Assembly: GCF_048593235.1 (NCBI RefSeq)
Contig: NC_133622.1
Span: 247,694,055-247,758,054 of the forward strand
DNA length: 64,000 nt
Source: Sminthopsis crassicaudata
Taxonomy: Eukaryota
Direction of reading: 5' to 3'
Numbering within the stretch: the first letter of the stretch is position 1; each line of letters begins with the position of its first letter. The notes beneath the pieces were generated by a model that saw only the letters and a list, made by a program, of their open reading frames with translations, was not told the origin of the DNA and did not search any database. A program made the translations under genes and the position numbers. This document shows, in pieces, positions 45,501-58,800 of the stretch.

Positions 45501-48500
45501 TCCTGTTTCTTTGTAAAGCCTTTCTGGGGACCCCGGGGTTGGGGGGTGCACTTGACAAGTCACTCCTCTATCCTGAGACTTCCCAAAACTCCACAAAAGC
45601 ATCATCACCCCTCCCTTCCAGAAAGAAGGGGGCCCAGCAAAAGAGCTAAGGCCCGCTCGGAGGCCCTCGGCAAGACGGAGCCCACGATCTTCCTCTGGGT
45701 GACTGCCAAAGCATCCTCATCTTCCCGACAACTACCAACGTGCCTACCTGCCACCGCACAAATGGAGAGGGACGAGAACCTGGTGACCGGGTGGGAAGGG
45801 TGGGGTGCCAGCGGGAACAGAGAAGGGGTGAAGAGGAGAACCTGCCCACAGAACACAGCCTAGGGCCGACAGTCCATCTCAAGCCGCCTGACCCCCGAGA
45901 AAGAGGCAAGTGGGCCACAGGAGCCTCGGAGCCCCCTCGGCCGCTTCGCCGAGGTCCTCAGAAAACTGGCTGGGAAGCCCTGCTCCCAGAGGCTGCAATG
46001 ACGCCTTTCTCTGGCCTTGCCCTGGTGGGGATTTCCATACAAGAGCAGAGCGAGGCACCTGGAAAAAGGGACGCGGGAAGGGGCAATGGCGGTCACAGAG
46101 CCCCTCACCACAAACACCAGAGATCTAATCAGCCTGGCCGCCTCGTCGGCCCTGACTTCTGCGGCCGGTGCGGGGGTGCTCCCCCTCTCGGCGCCTGAGC
46201 CCCTAGGGCAGTAAACACATCTTAAGAACCTCAGTCTCTCACAGCCTCCAAGCCTCAACACTTCAACTTTCCCTTCCTGGCAACAAGTTTCCGGCCTGGG
46301 AGATTTGGGGCCCAAGATGTCCACAGGCCCCCAAAGTAGCCACTCCATGGAGGTAGTAGCTCCGCCTCCGGAGGCCGCCAGAGAGCACTGCCGCAGCACC
46401 CACCATCTTAGTCCCCCAAGAGTGAAGGGGGAGGAGAGGATTGGGCCTGCTTCCCCTGGGACCGGGAGGTCAGGAATCTCTACTGAACCAGAGGGACTCG
46501 GAAGGCTTAAGCGGCCTAGGAAGAGGAGTGGGACTCTGGCTCGGAACATGAGGCACCAAACCCTAGGAACTGAAAGCTCCAAGTCTAATCAGAGAGCTAT
46601 TCCTACAGAAGAGCGAGGGGACCGTCCTTGGGCCTAGGGATGAGACCCAATGCAGGCTGGGCCTGGCAAGCAGGGCCTAACACAGTGGTGGAAAACACTC
46701 GGGGACCTGCTGTCGCTAAGCAAGGCTGAGGCCGGCCGGCTGTCTCAGGCTGGGCCTCGAAGGGTGGCTGTCCCCATAGTCCAGGGTCTGGTCCTTAGCT
46801 TTTGCAGGTTCAGAATCTCAGTTTTATCAGTTCACCCAGGGGTGATCGGACCCTGGGGGATTGATTCACGCTAACCAAACTCACAAGAGACTGATTCATA
46901 AATCAGAATGCCAATTTATTAATTTACAATGAGAAATATAACTGCCAAGCGGACCGGAATACTTGTGTCGGCTGGTCAGCGCATTCTCTTCCCAGTAGGA
47001 GAGCCTATTTGGGAAACCAAATTAAGATCAGAAGGTTGCTTGGTGAGTACAGAATCAGATGAACTTAAGGGATCTTGGCGTCAAGCTCTAGAAGCCCGAC
47101 ACCCCCGTTTCCACCACTGAGCTAGACCTGCCAAGCGGACCAGGCTGCAGGTTGGCCCTCGGGGCTCCCTCTCCCCCGGACGATGCTGGAGACTCCCCGG
47201 ATCTCCACGCAGACCACCCTTCTGCTCGCTCTGAGCCTACGACAGCACCGGCTACAAACCCTCTGGACACAGAACAATTTCCACAATTACAGCTCACCTG
47301 ACAGAAATTACATTCTGGGTGGCTGCTCCTAAAGACAAGTGGGACAGTAACCTCCTCACTAAACTACTTCCACATTACAACACAGGATGGGTCTGACTAG
47401 TTCCATCCAGTGTAAGCTAATTCCCAGCACTGGAGGATTTCAGGGCTCGAGAGAACCTTAAAGGCCATCTGGTCCAACCCCCCATTTCACAGAAGAGGTA
47501 ACTGAGGCCCAAATCAACTGATTTGTCCAACGAGCCCACAGCTTATTTCGGTGTGAGGTAGGCCCAGAACCCTGCTCTGCCAAGCCCTGGTGCCATACTC
47601 CTTTTGCCTGGGCATGCAGTGTGCTCTGCTGGACCCGGTATCCTCCCAGAGACTGAGCCCGCCACCCCCCGCCTCCCTCCCGCCACAGGCTAATCCCGCA
47701 CCGCGGCAGAAGCCCTCCCCTCTCTCCCCCTTCATACAGACCATCTCCACGTACCCCCTCTTGGGACTCGGACGCACTCACGTTTCCGAGCCTGCGCCTC
47801 AAACTGCGACAGGTTCTGCCGGGTGGCCAGCCTCACGTCCACCTTTTCCCCGTTGAGAATCTTGCCTGGCAGAAGCTCTAGCAGTTTGTGGACGGAGTTC
47901 TCAGAGGCCACCACCACTTCAGCATACCTTGGGGAGGAGAGAGCAGACGAGAGAGAACCACTGCTTGAATACAGGGGATTCCCCGCCAGCGCTGGGGACG
48001 TCCTGGGCAGACTCCCAGATGAAAAAGGCTCAGCCAGGGGCTAGCCCAGCCCCCCCCCCATTTTCAAGACCTCAAAGAAGCTCCCTCCACGGCTTGGCAC
48101 AAAGTGCCTCCAAACTGGCCTGGCTGGGAGGACGTGGGCAGGACCAGCCACATCTGGCTGAGGATCCAGAATGACCCAGACTCTCCGGGGGGTGGTGGCC
48201 GGGAAGAGAAAATCTTCCGCTCGGTGCTTACCCTTTGGACTGGCCATTGGCTCGATTCTCTGCAAATTTTAACTCCACAACATCATAGACGCCCACAGAA
48301 CGGATGATTTGGATCAGCTGTTGGTCTGTTGTCCACTGGGACCGGTAAAGCAGAAAAGAGAAGTCAGAGGCTGGAGAGCTCCTTTAAAGGTTTCTAGCAG
48401 CCCCCGTCCCTGAAACCACAATTCCAGTCACCACCACGGCCCCAACGAACATCCCTAGAAGGCCCCAAACCAGTCTTGTTGCAGTCAAGGCAAGTGTCCC

Positions 48501-51500
48501 GAAAATGCTCTCTCGTCCCGCCCCCCTCCCCCCTCCAGAGGTGAAGGCAGGCCGCTTCACCACGGCCTCAGAGCGCCTTGGCTAATAACCATCAGTGCAA
48601 GGGGTGGTTACTGCTAAGACTGTGAGTCTTCTTCTGAATAGCAAGATGGGACCACAGCCAGGAGCTTTTCCCTGAGTACAGAAAACTGCTCGTGTGGCCA
48701 CGCCACCCCCACCAGCCCAAACCATACAACAGAAATGACTTTGGCAGAACAAGAGTCACCACCTACCCAGAGCGTACTAGAGCTACGAGGGCCTTTGATC
48801 CCCGTCACCCACCATTATCACAGGACCATCTAATGACCACCAAGAGTTCAAGGTGTTCACTGAAAGCTCGTCCCAGAGATGACCCTGCTAGATATAAAGC
48901 CCCAGGGTCAGGGGCGGCAAGCATGACAGAAATAGCCGCACCCACTCAATCACTGCTTTCTCCAGCACCATTCAAGTCCTGAGGATTTTCCGCCCCTCAG
49001 AGGCAGATCCAACCTGACCCCACTCTCAGGACTTGAGATCATCTGAGAGTAGACTCTGAAGATGGCATCCCCTCCATGACCAACCTCAAGGCAGCTCTAG
49101 GAGGCGCTAGTCTGTCCCATGGCCACCCTGCTCGCTGCTGGCTATCCAGGCTCACCCAGGAGAAGCTGCCCACGTAGACCGCGGCCCGCTTATTCCGCAG
49201 TCCACTGTACGTGTACAGGATCGCCGGTGACTTGCTGTTGGGCTTGGGAGACTGCTCCTGGCGGATGGGAGGCGGTGGCTCGGCACTGCTACTTCGGTCG
49301 TCGGAAGGCTGCGAGCTGGCGGCCAGCACGTCATCGTACAGGTCGATCTGATCGGCATTGCTGAACTCTGGGTCCTAGGGGATGAGGGGTGAATCGAGTG
49401 AGTTCCCCCAGCAGGGAGCTCACCAATCCTGTGGGGCAGACAACCAGAAAGCATCACTCAGGCAGCTGTCGATGGACTGCCGGTCGGCACACTTACAACG
49501 GGCTGGGCTGCACCCAACAGATTCTTCCTTGTCCGCTCAAAAATCAAGCAGCTCCTTTAGCACGGAGCCCGGGGATGCGGACGGAGAAGACACAGCCCCA
49601 GACCTTAAGCCACTTTTGCTCTCTGCTGAACTGACCTGAGGGAGGAGTTCCCCTCCAGTCTGCTTCTCCTGCTTCACCTCATTTGACATCTAAATAGAAT
49701 AACTCACCAAGAGCAAGCTTTCTGATGGACTGTTTAGGACAAACTACAAAAGTGACTTTGCTAAGAGATAGAGCACGTGGGTGAGAAGAACCCTAATAAT
49801 TTAAACAGTTTTAGAAAATCTCTTCCTGCATAGCTAGTATGATCTTTGATGCTTTTAGCCAATGACAGTGACAGTGAGTAGGTACACTGTGGATAAAGGG
49901 GACAATAACAAATATAAAATTTACTCGGTGGTCAGCTATGAATCCTATGTGGCAAGGAAACAAAATGAACCACCCCCCAACCACCACCACCAAAGGTCCA
50001 AGCATCACCAATGCTTTCTAAACACAAAGCTTCCACGAGGGATGCTAAAACCCATTTGCAACACCCAAAAATGTCGCTCACACTGTATCATGAAGTTCTT
50101 AAACATAAATTAAGAAGGCCCCAAACTAATCACTTAATGTATCAAATGCCAAAACAGACCTCTATGGAGGGACCAAGAGGGCAGTTTCCTTAGCATGGTA
50201 CAACCCCAAAGTAATTAGGAATCTCTGTTTTAAACATGCTTTTGAAATGTGACACAAACTTTAAAGCTCACAGGAAATGACCACTTCTTTCCAAAAATCA
50301 GTTATCAGTTCATGAAAATAAAACAGGCAAAAGCAACGTCACAGAGGAGTCCCCCCCTCCCTCCCAGCTCTGTGTTCTGGCCTATTCAGACCTGCAGCAT
50401 TTAACCCAGACACGGGAGCATGCTTGAGAGGCAGGCACCTCCAAGGAGATGACAGATAGCAGACGTTTTATAATGCTGCAAGCAGAGGCGCGCAGCCCAA
50501 CACCCAGACCAGAAATGTTACGGAGGGCTTTTATTAGAAGGTCACATGTAAGGAAATTTGGAAAACCTGACTTAGCCCGTGGCACAGCTAAATCTAGAAA
50601 GTAACCCACAAAGCCCAGCAGGCTTTTCCTGAAGGGAGCTGGCACTACTGCTCTGGAGAGAAACCAATTCTTGTCATCTCACCGTCAGGGCCAGAGACAA
50701 GAAGTTCTTATGAGATCATGGAGAGACGGCAACCAACGACTGGTGACTGCCTCCCCCCATTCGCCACACACCTTGGGGCTGGGTAAGTGAGATGCCTCAC
50801 TTACATTCTTTGTCAAATGCTACAGTAACTCAACAGGCCATCAGTTTTTTGGTTTTTTTTGGTAAAAATTGGAGAAAGCCAACAATGAAGGGTAAAGGGA
50901 AGCACGCTCACAAACACACCCTTAGAGGAGGTATTAACGGGCTCAACCATTATGAAGGATTGAAATTAAGCCAACGCTGAATAAAATGTCCAATAAACTT
51001 TGACCCAGAGTTCTTGCCGCTATGCATATACTCTAAGGAGAACACAAAGTCCTATAAACACTCAAATATTCACAAGAGCATTTTTTATAACAACAAAAAA
51101 AGCAACAACAAAAATTGGACACAAGTAGATACTCATCAATCGGGGAATGACAGAACTGTGGTACCTATTTAATACAACACAGCTAAAAGAAATAGGATGA
51201 GAAATTCTGAGGGAAAACTTACATGAATTGAAGTCAAATGACAAGATAAAACAACATACACATCGTCAACAACGTAGTTGAACAGAAAGGAGAAGCCTGT
51301 CCCAATTTGGCCCAGGGAAAGGAGGAAAATATGCATATATAGCTCCTCCCTTTCCTTTATAGAATTTGGAGGTGAGGTGAGAATAGCTGATCCCATGAAC
51401 AGAGATTGAACAAGACCATTTAGTTCAATTCTTATTTTGCAGAAAGGGAAATAAAGGCCCACACCTGCCTAAGCTCCTTGTATGCCAGATCTTTGGATAC

Positions 51501-54048
51501 TCCCCACTCACCATACCCCACGCTACCCTCCTGATATCAAACTGCTCTTTTTTATTCCGTTACAAGGTATGCAGATAAAGGTGATGCATAAACATGTTAG
51601 CTTTTTTTTTAAGCCACAGAGGAGACCACAAAAACTTGAGCAGATTACAACTAATTATTCCCTTCCTCCGTTATTTTTATTTCTCTTACTTTTCGTCCCA
51701 GGCTTGTCTTGACTTTGGTTCTTGATTTTTCTGCATTATATAATGAAAGGATAGTCACCTTTGGGGTATGCATTCTATAGTGCAGGGGTCCTCACACTTT
51801 TTAAATAGGGGCCAGTTCCCTGTCCCTCAGACTGTGGGAGGCCGGACTAGAGTAAAAACAACAGCTCCCGCTCTGTCTCCGTCCCTCGGCCCATTTGCCA
51901 AAACCCAGCGGCCGCATCTGGCCCTCGGGCCGTAGTTTGAGGACCCCTGCTCTAGTGTTTTGTTTCCTGCATTAAACAGTTCAAAATGCTAAGTGACTAG
52001 TCCCCGGCCGCCTAAAATTAAAACAGGGCCAAACAGAATTGAAAAAGTGAACAGGAACTAAAAATCAACAGCATCTTACAGGACAAGAGAGAGAAGTGGT
52101 CAAGATAGATTAAGCTCTTACACCCAAAACAGGTGGGTGTGTGAAGAAATGGGAGGAGAACATGGGAAACAGCAACAAATACAAATGGAAATAAGTGTGC
52201 TGAGGTGAGCTGGGGCCAAATCAGCTACTACCTTGGTCATTTAGTTCCATGGAAAGCATTGTTTAGGTTTGATGTCAAAAACCTTCGAAAGGTTCTGGAT
52301 AAGAATACTTTTAACATCAATCAACTGACAACCTTTATCATGTGCCTACTATGTGCCAGATACTAGCACGAAAAACGAAACAAAGATGCCAAAACCAAAT
52401 TTGTCGGAGTTCACCCTCTGCCCAGACAGAGCGTGCCCAGAATGCTCTTCCCGGTTAACCCTGCCCCTGGCAAGCTCTGAGTAAGTGCTGTTAGCAGCGG
52501 CCCCTCTCATGCCAGAGGATGGAGTTCCTTCCCCACGGGAGGACTAAGCAGCATCATGGCAGGTGAGCGAGCGGAGCACGGCCTCCCACAGGTACCAGAC
52601 GTAAACAAGCGGCCTCCATGTTGCCTGGATGACAATCGGATAAACACTGGGCCCAGCCGTCCTCCTAAGGCTGGGGCAGAGCAGATCCCATCTCCCAGAG
52701 GGCTCCATCCCTCACTTACTTGCAGAGGGCCTTCTCTCCCAGGCCACTCCTAGCCCCGAGCTCACAACAGCTTCTTGCTGTCAGGGGCTCGGCATCGCAG
52801 CTGAGCAGGGACATATGGTGAGCCACAGAACACAGGAAAGCGAAGCTCTTCCAGCTCCTAGTCCTAGGTCAAGGGTGGACGTGGGTCCCCAATTCCCAAA
52901 CGAAAAACAAAAACCTCTCTGAAAAGCTGGCATTCCCAAGGGCAGCAGCTGCCGCCTGATTGCAAGAGACGGTCACAGAATAGCCCGGAGCTCTTTCCTG
53001 GGAGCGAGGCCGTGCGGGAGGGAGGCCTGGGCCGGGGCCAGCTCTGCCCAGCGGGCACCTACGTCCCGGCTACTCCAACAACGTGGGGGGTGGGACTCCC
53101 TGGGCAGGTCCCGATCCCCAGAACGCGTCCGGCAGAGCCGCGGCTCCGACAGCTCTCTCCGCCACCAGTCCCCAGCCCCAGGCTCTCCTGGCCCGGGCAG
53201 GGGCACCGCCCCCACCACGGGGCTCCCGGAGGGCTGGAAAAGACGCTGAATCAGAGGAGGAAAAGCCCTCCGCGCAGGGAAACTGCTCAAAAGTTTCGGC
53301 GAGGAAGCCCCGCTGAGCCCCTCCAGCAGAGACGGGGCCTCAGCAGGCGGCCCTAGTCCCGAGGCCTCCAGGCTGGGGGAGCCCCAAAGGCCCCGGCCCG
53401 GCCCCTCCCCCAGGGCTCTGCTCCCATTTCTCAGTCAGGCACGTTGCAGGGTGGGAGGGGCCCACAACCCAGACCGGGACTGGACACCGAGGCCGCGCCC
53501 CCCGCCCCTGCCCCCGCCCCAGAGGCCACGCCACTTCCACTTCCCCAGACTTCATTGGGGTTCAGGGGCCTGGGGGGGCCAGGAGCCCAGCCTTCCCGGC
53601 CCCGGCGCCAGCCGAACTTCGGCCAGGACGCAACGGACTACGTGCTAGCGCGGCGCGCGTCCGCGGCCAGGAGGCAGACACTAAAGTTTTCTTTCGGCCA
53701 CTTCCCAGTAAGATTCTTCCCGAGAAAAAAAAAAGTCTGCCTCCCGCCCCTTCTCCCAGCGCTCTCGGCACTCCCTCTAACGATCTTCCAGCCCCGCCGG
53801 CAGCGGCCCGCCCCCTCCCCCAGCGCTCAGTCATTCTCTGTGGTCCCGAGGGGAGGGAGGCCCCTGGGGTATCGGGGAGGGGGAGGGAGGACCCCGGCAT
53901 GTCCGGGGGGAGGGGGCGGGGTTCACCCCCTTCATTGGCCCCCCGCTTCCCACTCCCCCCTAGCCGGGGTCAGGGGTCGCGGGGGATCCCTCACCTGGTT
54001 GAACTCCTCGTCCGCGTAGATATCAATGAGGTCCACTCCCTCCGACAT
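42551..54048 (-). CDS. CPSF7: Cleavage factor Im 59 kDa subunit, 471 aa (462 aa with the short exon-5 donor)
   Basis: Exons 54048-53995, 49374-49156, 48335-48232, 47927-47755 (or 47782), 45344-44930, 44583-44465, 43215-43047, 42713-42551; total 1416 nt. [18 protein letters not shown] start, RRM ([12 protein letters not shown]...NGQSKGYAEV), proline-rich region, RS/RD/RE tail ending DRHH. Confidence 0.98.
47445..47545 (-). mobile_element. MIR-type SINE fragment in CPSF7 intron 5
   Basis: catctggtccaacccccatttcacagaagaggtaactgaggccc. Confidence 0.6.
50900..51250 (+). mobile_element. Old LINE-1 ORF2 3' fragment in CPSF7 intron 2
   Basis: ctttgacccag...atattcacaagagcattttt...ctcatcaatcggggaatg...tgtggtac resembles the L1 ORF2 end. 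Confidence 0.55.
51783..51949. mobile_element. 167-bp non-autonomous hAT MITE (OposCharlie1/OC1-like)
   Basis: TIRs CAGGGGTCCTCACACT and CAGGGGTCCTCAAACT (15/16 identical); 8-bp TSD ctatagtg / ctctagtg (7/8). Confidence 0.9.
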
Positions 54049-55800
54049 GGCTCGGAGACCCCGGGGGCGCCGCGAGGAAGGAAGGTGGCGGTGCTGCCGC
54101 TGCGCTCCGGACAGAGGGACACGGGTCAGTGCTGGTGCTGGCGCGCCCCATCTGCCGAGCGGGCTTCTGCGTGCAGCCCGCTCGCCCTCCCCGCCCCCCG
54201 CCCCCCTGCGGGGGGTGCGGGGCCCTCCTCTCCCCGCAGCCCGCCTTCTTCTCCCCAGCCCCCACGTCTCCTGGCCTAGTCCCGTCCGCTGCCCGCTTTC
54301 TCCGGGGAAGGGGGGGGTCTGTCCTCCACGCAGCCCGATTTCTGCCCGCCCTTCCCCCCTCCCGCCCGCCGCCCGAGCTCTCATGAGGCCTTCCCGCCGG
54401 GTCTCTCGGCGCTCGCGGCTTCCCTTCCTCCTCCCCTCCCCCCCGCGCGCCGCCCCGGACTGACCGGGCCCCAGCGCCGCCTCCGCCACCGCCTCAGCGC
54501 GGGCTCCGTCCCTGGGCCTAGGCCCTGCCCCGCCGCCCGCCCTCCGCGCCCCGCCCGCCCCGCCGCTCCTCGCGCCGCCGCCGCCTTCGCACTCCCACCT
54601 CTGCGCCCCGGCCCCCGCCGCCCCCCGCCGCGCGCCCCCGTTACCGGGAATATGGCGGCGGCAAGTCCGGAGTAGGCCCGAAGCGCGCGAACCTCTGCCC
54701 GGCCGCAGGCCCCGCCCCCTGCTCCCGCCGCCGCCGCCCCCCCCCCGCGCCACGCGCTGGCGTCACGCGTGCCACCGCTTTACGCACACGCGCAGCACGC
54801 ACGAGCGCCCGGCCCCGCCCCTCCCACCTCCGGTCCGAGGCTCCGCGGGTGCGTCGGGGCCGGCGCGAGGAACCCGGATGTGGTGGGCAGAAGCGCTTCC
54901 GGCCAGGCCTGAGCGGAAATGGCGGCGGCTGTAGTTCGGGTGAGGAGAGTGGACCGAGGCCGGGCGGAGGGAGGTCGCGGAACCCCGGAGAGAAGGCCCT
55001 GCCTGGAATGAAGGCCCGGGGAGCCTCGACTTCCTCGGTCGGGTCTCGACCTCCCCATTTGCAAAACGAGGGACCGGGCAGGATGTCCTCTCCAGCTCCG
55101 AACTCGGAGGCAGACCGCGGATGGAATCTCGGCTCCGGCACAGCCGGATCCAGGCTCGTGGGCCCGCCTCGGTCGCTTCGCCCGTCTTCCCGGGGTGTTT
55201 TTGAGGGTCGCGGGACGTGACGTCCTTGGGCGTCTGCAAAGCGTTTTATGCGTGCTGCCCCCTAGAGGCCGCTCCGAGCCTCAGTTTGTTTCTCCGTCCA
55301 ATGGGCTGGTGGCCCCCCGATAGCGAAGTCCCCTGGAGCCCTCCTGTGTGCTGTCAGGGCAGGCCGACGGAACCCCCAAACCCGCCGGTCCTTGGAGCCT
55401 CGGGGCGGATCCCGCGGGGACCGGAAGCCTCCCCCGGCCCGCTCACGTGGTCTCCCATTGGACTGGAACCCCCGGAGGGCAGGCGCTGTTTGTGTCTCCG
55501 GGTTCCCGGAGCCCTTAGGGCCATGCTGGGGGGCAGGATTGGGAACAGACTGGGCGTGGCCGGCTCCGGGCGCTGTTCCCGGGCGGTGCTGAGGAAGGGA
55601 GACTTCGAGGGGCTCGGACCCAGGGACCGGCTGGGGCCCTTCACGCCGTGGAAGCCTCCGCTGTCACTGCCGAGGAAGGCCCCGCGGGGACAGGCGGACG
55701 GCTCCGAGTGGGGTCCCCCAGGAGTCCCCTCCGGAGGCCGTGTCCGTGACCTTGTAAAAGGCTCGGGGCCTGGCCTTCATCTCCTCGGGGTCACCTTCCG
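53400..55800. promoter_or_regulatory. CPSF7/SDHAF2 bidirectional CpG-island promoter
   Basis: CPSF7 non-coding exon 1 donor CCG|gtaac at 54645/54644; SDHAF2 ATG at 54919. YY1-type motifs at 54649-54660 and 54917-54926, ETS CTTCCGG near 54897, GC boxes. Confidence 0.85.
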
Positions 55801-58800
55801 AGGCCCTGCTCCACCGGGGTGGGGGATGGGAGCTTTATCCCTTCATCCCTCCAGGTGGGGGGGAGGGGCTCTTTCTAGATGCAAATAGCGGCGGAATTGA
55901 AAGGTAGAGAGCGGAGGCAGGAGAGCTGGGAGGGACAGCCTGAGCTTGGGGGGGGGGTGGCCGCAGCCCTGGGGGGTGACTAAGGGGGAGGGGCGGCCCT
56001 AGGGCAGAGTCTGCGCCGGGGTCCCTCTCTGCCCGGGGCGCCCCCTTCTCACCGGTGGACACTTCCCGGGAGTGGTGGGGGAAGCGGATTTAGAGACCAC
56101 TCAGCCCCGCCCTTTTGTTAGGCGGGGCTTGGCTTTTAGCTGGGCATTTCTTTTTTCTCCCCGCAGTCAAACCCCAAAGCGTCCCTTCTGGAGGGTTGGG
56201 TGGCTTAAAACCGGTGTGGAGGCGCTGCCATGCCCCCGTTCTCATGCAAACCGTCATCCCCTCGTCATCCTTGCCCTTGAGACCTCTTCTTCGTGCCCCT
56301 TCTACCTTCTCTCCTCGCCCCCGGAGCTGAGTTTGCTTCTTATTCCAGATCCCTTTTGTTTCGTTTTCCTGTTCATCTGTTATATCCCTCTATCAGGTGG
56401 AGTTCCTCCCAGTCAGACGCTGTTTGGGTTTTGCCCCATACTCAGCACCGGGCCTTCACCCAACAGCTGCGGGTGGTTGGATTAGAGCATCTCTTAGCTG
56501 GAGGAGTGTAGCTAGCTGTTCCCTCTGTCTCTAGCCCCTGCCCCCCTTCAGTGCTCAGTTCAGTATTTTATGAATCTGCCCAGTCCCTGTGGCATAGTAG
56601 ACGTTTAATAAACATCTATTGAATTACGTGCAGCTTGATTCGTTCTGGGGTTGTTTTTTTTCTTCCAGCTTATTGCCTTGTCCAGGCACAGTATTGCACC
56701 TCCCTGTGTGAGGAGTTCATTGTCACGACGATTTTATCGAGGGGACAGCCCTGCAGACTCTCAAAAAGATATGATTGAAATCTCCTTGCCCCCCTGGGAA
56801 GAGCGAACAGACGAGCCCATTGAAACCAAGAGGGCTCGCCTGCTTTACGAGAGCAGGAAGCGGGGCATGCTGGAGAACTGCATCCTCCTCAGGTAGGGAC
56901 ACGGGAGCCCTCGGGCCGCCTGTCAGGGTACAGGTGGAAGGAGCCGCTCTTGATGCCTGGGACCACTCAGCCCCTCTGAATCACGTTCTTTCCTCTCCTC
57001 CTTTAGTCTTTTTGCCAAGGAGAAGCTGCACCAGATGACGGAGAGGCAGCTGAACCTCTACGACCGACTGATCAATGAGCCCAGCAATGATTGGGATATC
57101 TTCTACTGGGCGACAGGTATTGCCACGTGGCAGTCACGTCCTGGGGTTCTGGGCCTGCACGAGGGACCCGGGTTCTGATGTGACTGCCACAAGCTGTGTC
57201 ACTGAGCTGGGCATCCTCTGTGAGATGACCTAACCCACAGCAAAACGGGTTCTTAGGAGCCAGGAAAAAGCTGTTCTCCTGGGTTCTTGACCAGAGGCTC
57301 AGCCCATGCAGTTTTAGAGTTAGCAAATTTCAGCGGTTTTCTGCTCTAGCTTGCAGTTTTATATCAGGGGAATCAGAGTCTTAAAGAGAGAGTAACTTCT
57401 GGCTCTCTCCAGGGTATCAACTCCTAGAGCAGACACAGTAATCCTGGGCTTTGATTTGTCCCCATCATGTCACACACATGGACATAGAAGGTGTCACCAT
57501 ACAGGTTAGAGCTGGGGGAGCCTACCTTCCTTAGGGTTTCAGTGACTAGATGAAGCTCACATGAACAGTGGCCAAGCCAAGCTGCAAACCCAGATGTCTG
57601 ATTCTCCAGCCAACGTGATTACGCCTTCCACGTGAGATGGACCTGCTGCCTTTTAGGCAGCCTGTGGGACAGACATAAAAGAACATTTTAAAAATTAATC
57701 CTATTTTATGTTTGAGACTTGTCTTTCCATTCAGACAAGTTCTGTTTAATTGGTTGGCTAAGCATAAAATAATATATTTTGTTACTCGGAGAACCTGTGA
57801 TCTTGTCACTATGAAGACTCCTATAATAGCTCCTTTTTTTTTGGATGCCGCTAATGTCTAAGAAAGAGCGAGAGTCAGAGACTCTAAGAAGAGCTGGCTT
57901 TGGCTCAAATCCAGGTTCTGCTACTTAATTCTTGTTACTTAGTTACTGCTACTTAAATCTTGTAAGATCACTTAGCCTCCTTGGTCCTCAGTTTCCCTAG
58001 ATGTAAAATGAGGCAATCACCTCTAGCTCAGAGGCCTCCAACATGTTGCCTTAATTCTCTGGAGCATTTCTGGGAAGGTGTGCATACCAGGGAACCGGAA
58101 GACAAAGAGCTCCTCCTCCTACCTTATTCAAGCTCTGGATTACATTTCTAGAGCACTCTAAGGGTCACAAAACACTTGGCTGGGAATTCGAATTTGTCCC
58201 CATTTTACAGATGAGAAAATTGAGGTTCTAAAATATTGGGACTTGTCCAAGGCTACCCCGGTTATAAGTTATCCGCTGGGATGGGAAATCAGTCTCTGCC
58301 TCACTGTGCAGTCAGTGCTGCCTAAGAACTAAGCATGAATATCGCCATTGTTCTGTTGACAATAAAAGAATGAAAAAGCATTTGTTACGTGCTAAGTTGT
58401 TCGTGACCCTGTTCTCAATCTTGGGGATCCATTTTTTAAAAATAACAACTTTTTCCCTAGTTACATCAAAAGACTTTTAAACTTTCTTTTAAAAAATGAG
58501 TTCCAAATTTTTTCTCTTCCTCCTTTCCCCCAAGACAGCAATTTGTTATAGATTATACATCTTTAATCATGTAGAACATATGATCATATTAGTCATAATA
58601 TGAAAGAAAACCAGACCCAAAGGAAATATAACATGCATACACAAAATACAGAAAATGAAAAATAGCAGTTTCTATCTGCATTCAGACTGCCTCAGTTCTT
58701 CCTTTGGGGATAGATCTTTTTCTTTTTTTTTTACCCCTGAGGCAATTGGGGTTAAGTGACTTGCCCAGGGTCATACAGCAGGAAGTGTTAAGTGTCTGAG

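Noticed and set aside
45860-46637. 240-aa (-) and 110-aa (+) ORFs in CPSF7 intron 5
   Set aside because: No recognisable protein and no convincing flanking splice sites; the CPSF7 CDS is complete without them.
53932-54753. 273-aa ORF running into the CPSF7 ATG as an N-terminal extension
   Set aside because: It crosses the exon 1 donor at 54644 and low-complexity intron 1, and its start likely lies at or upstream of the TSS.
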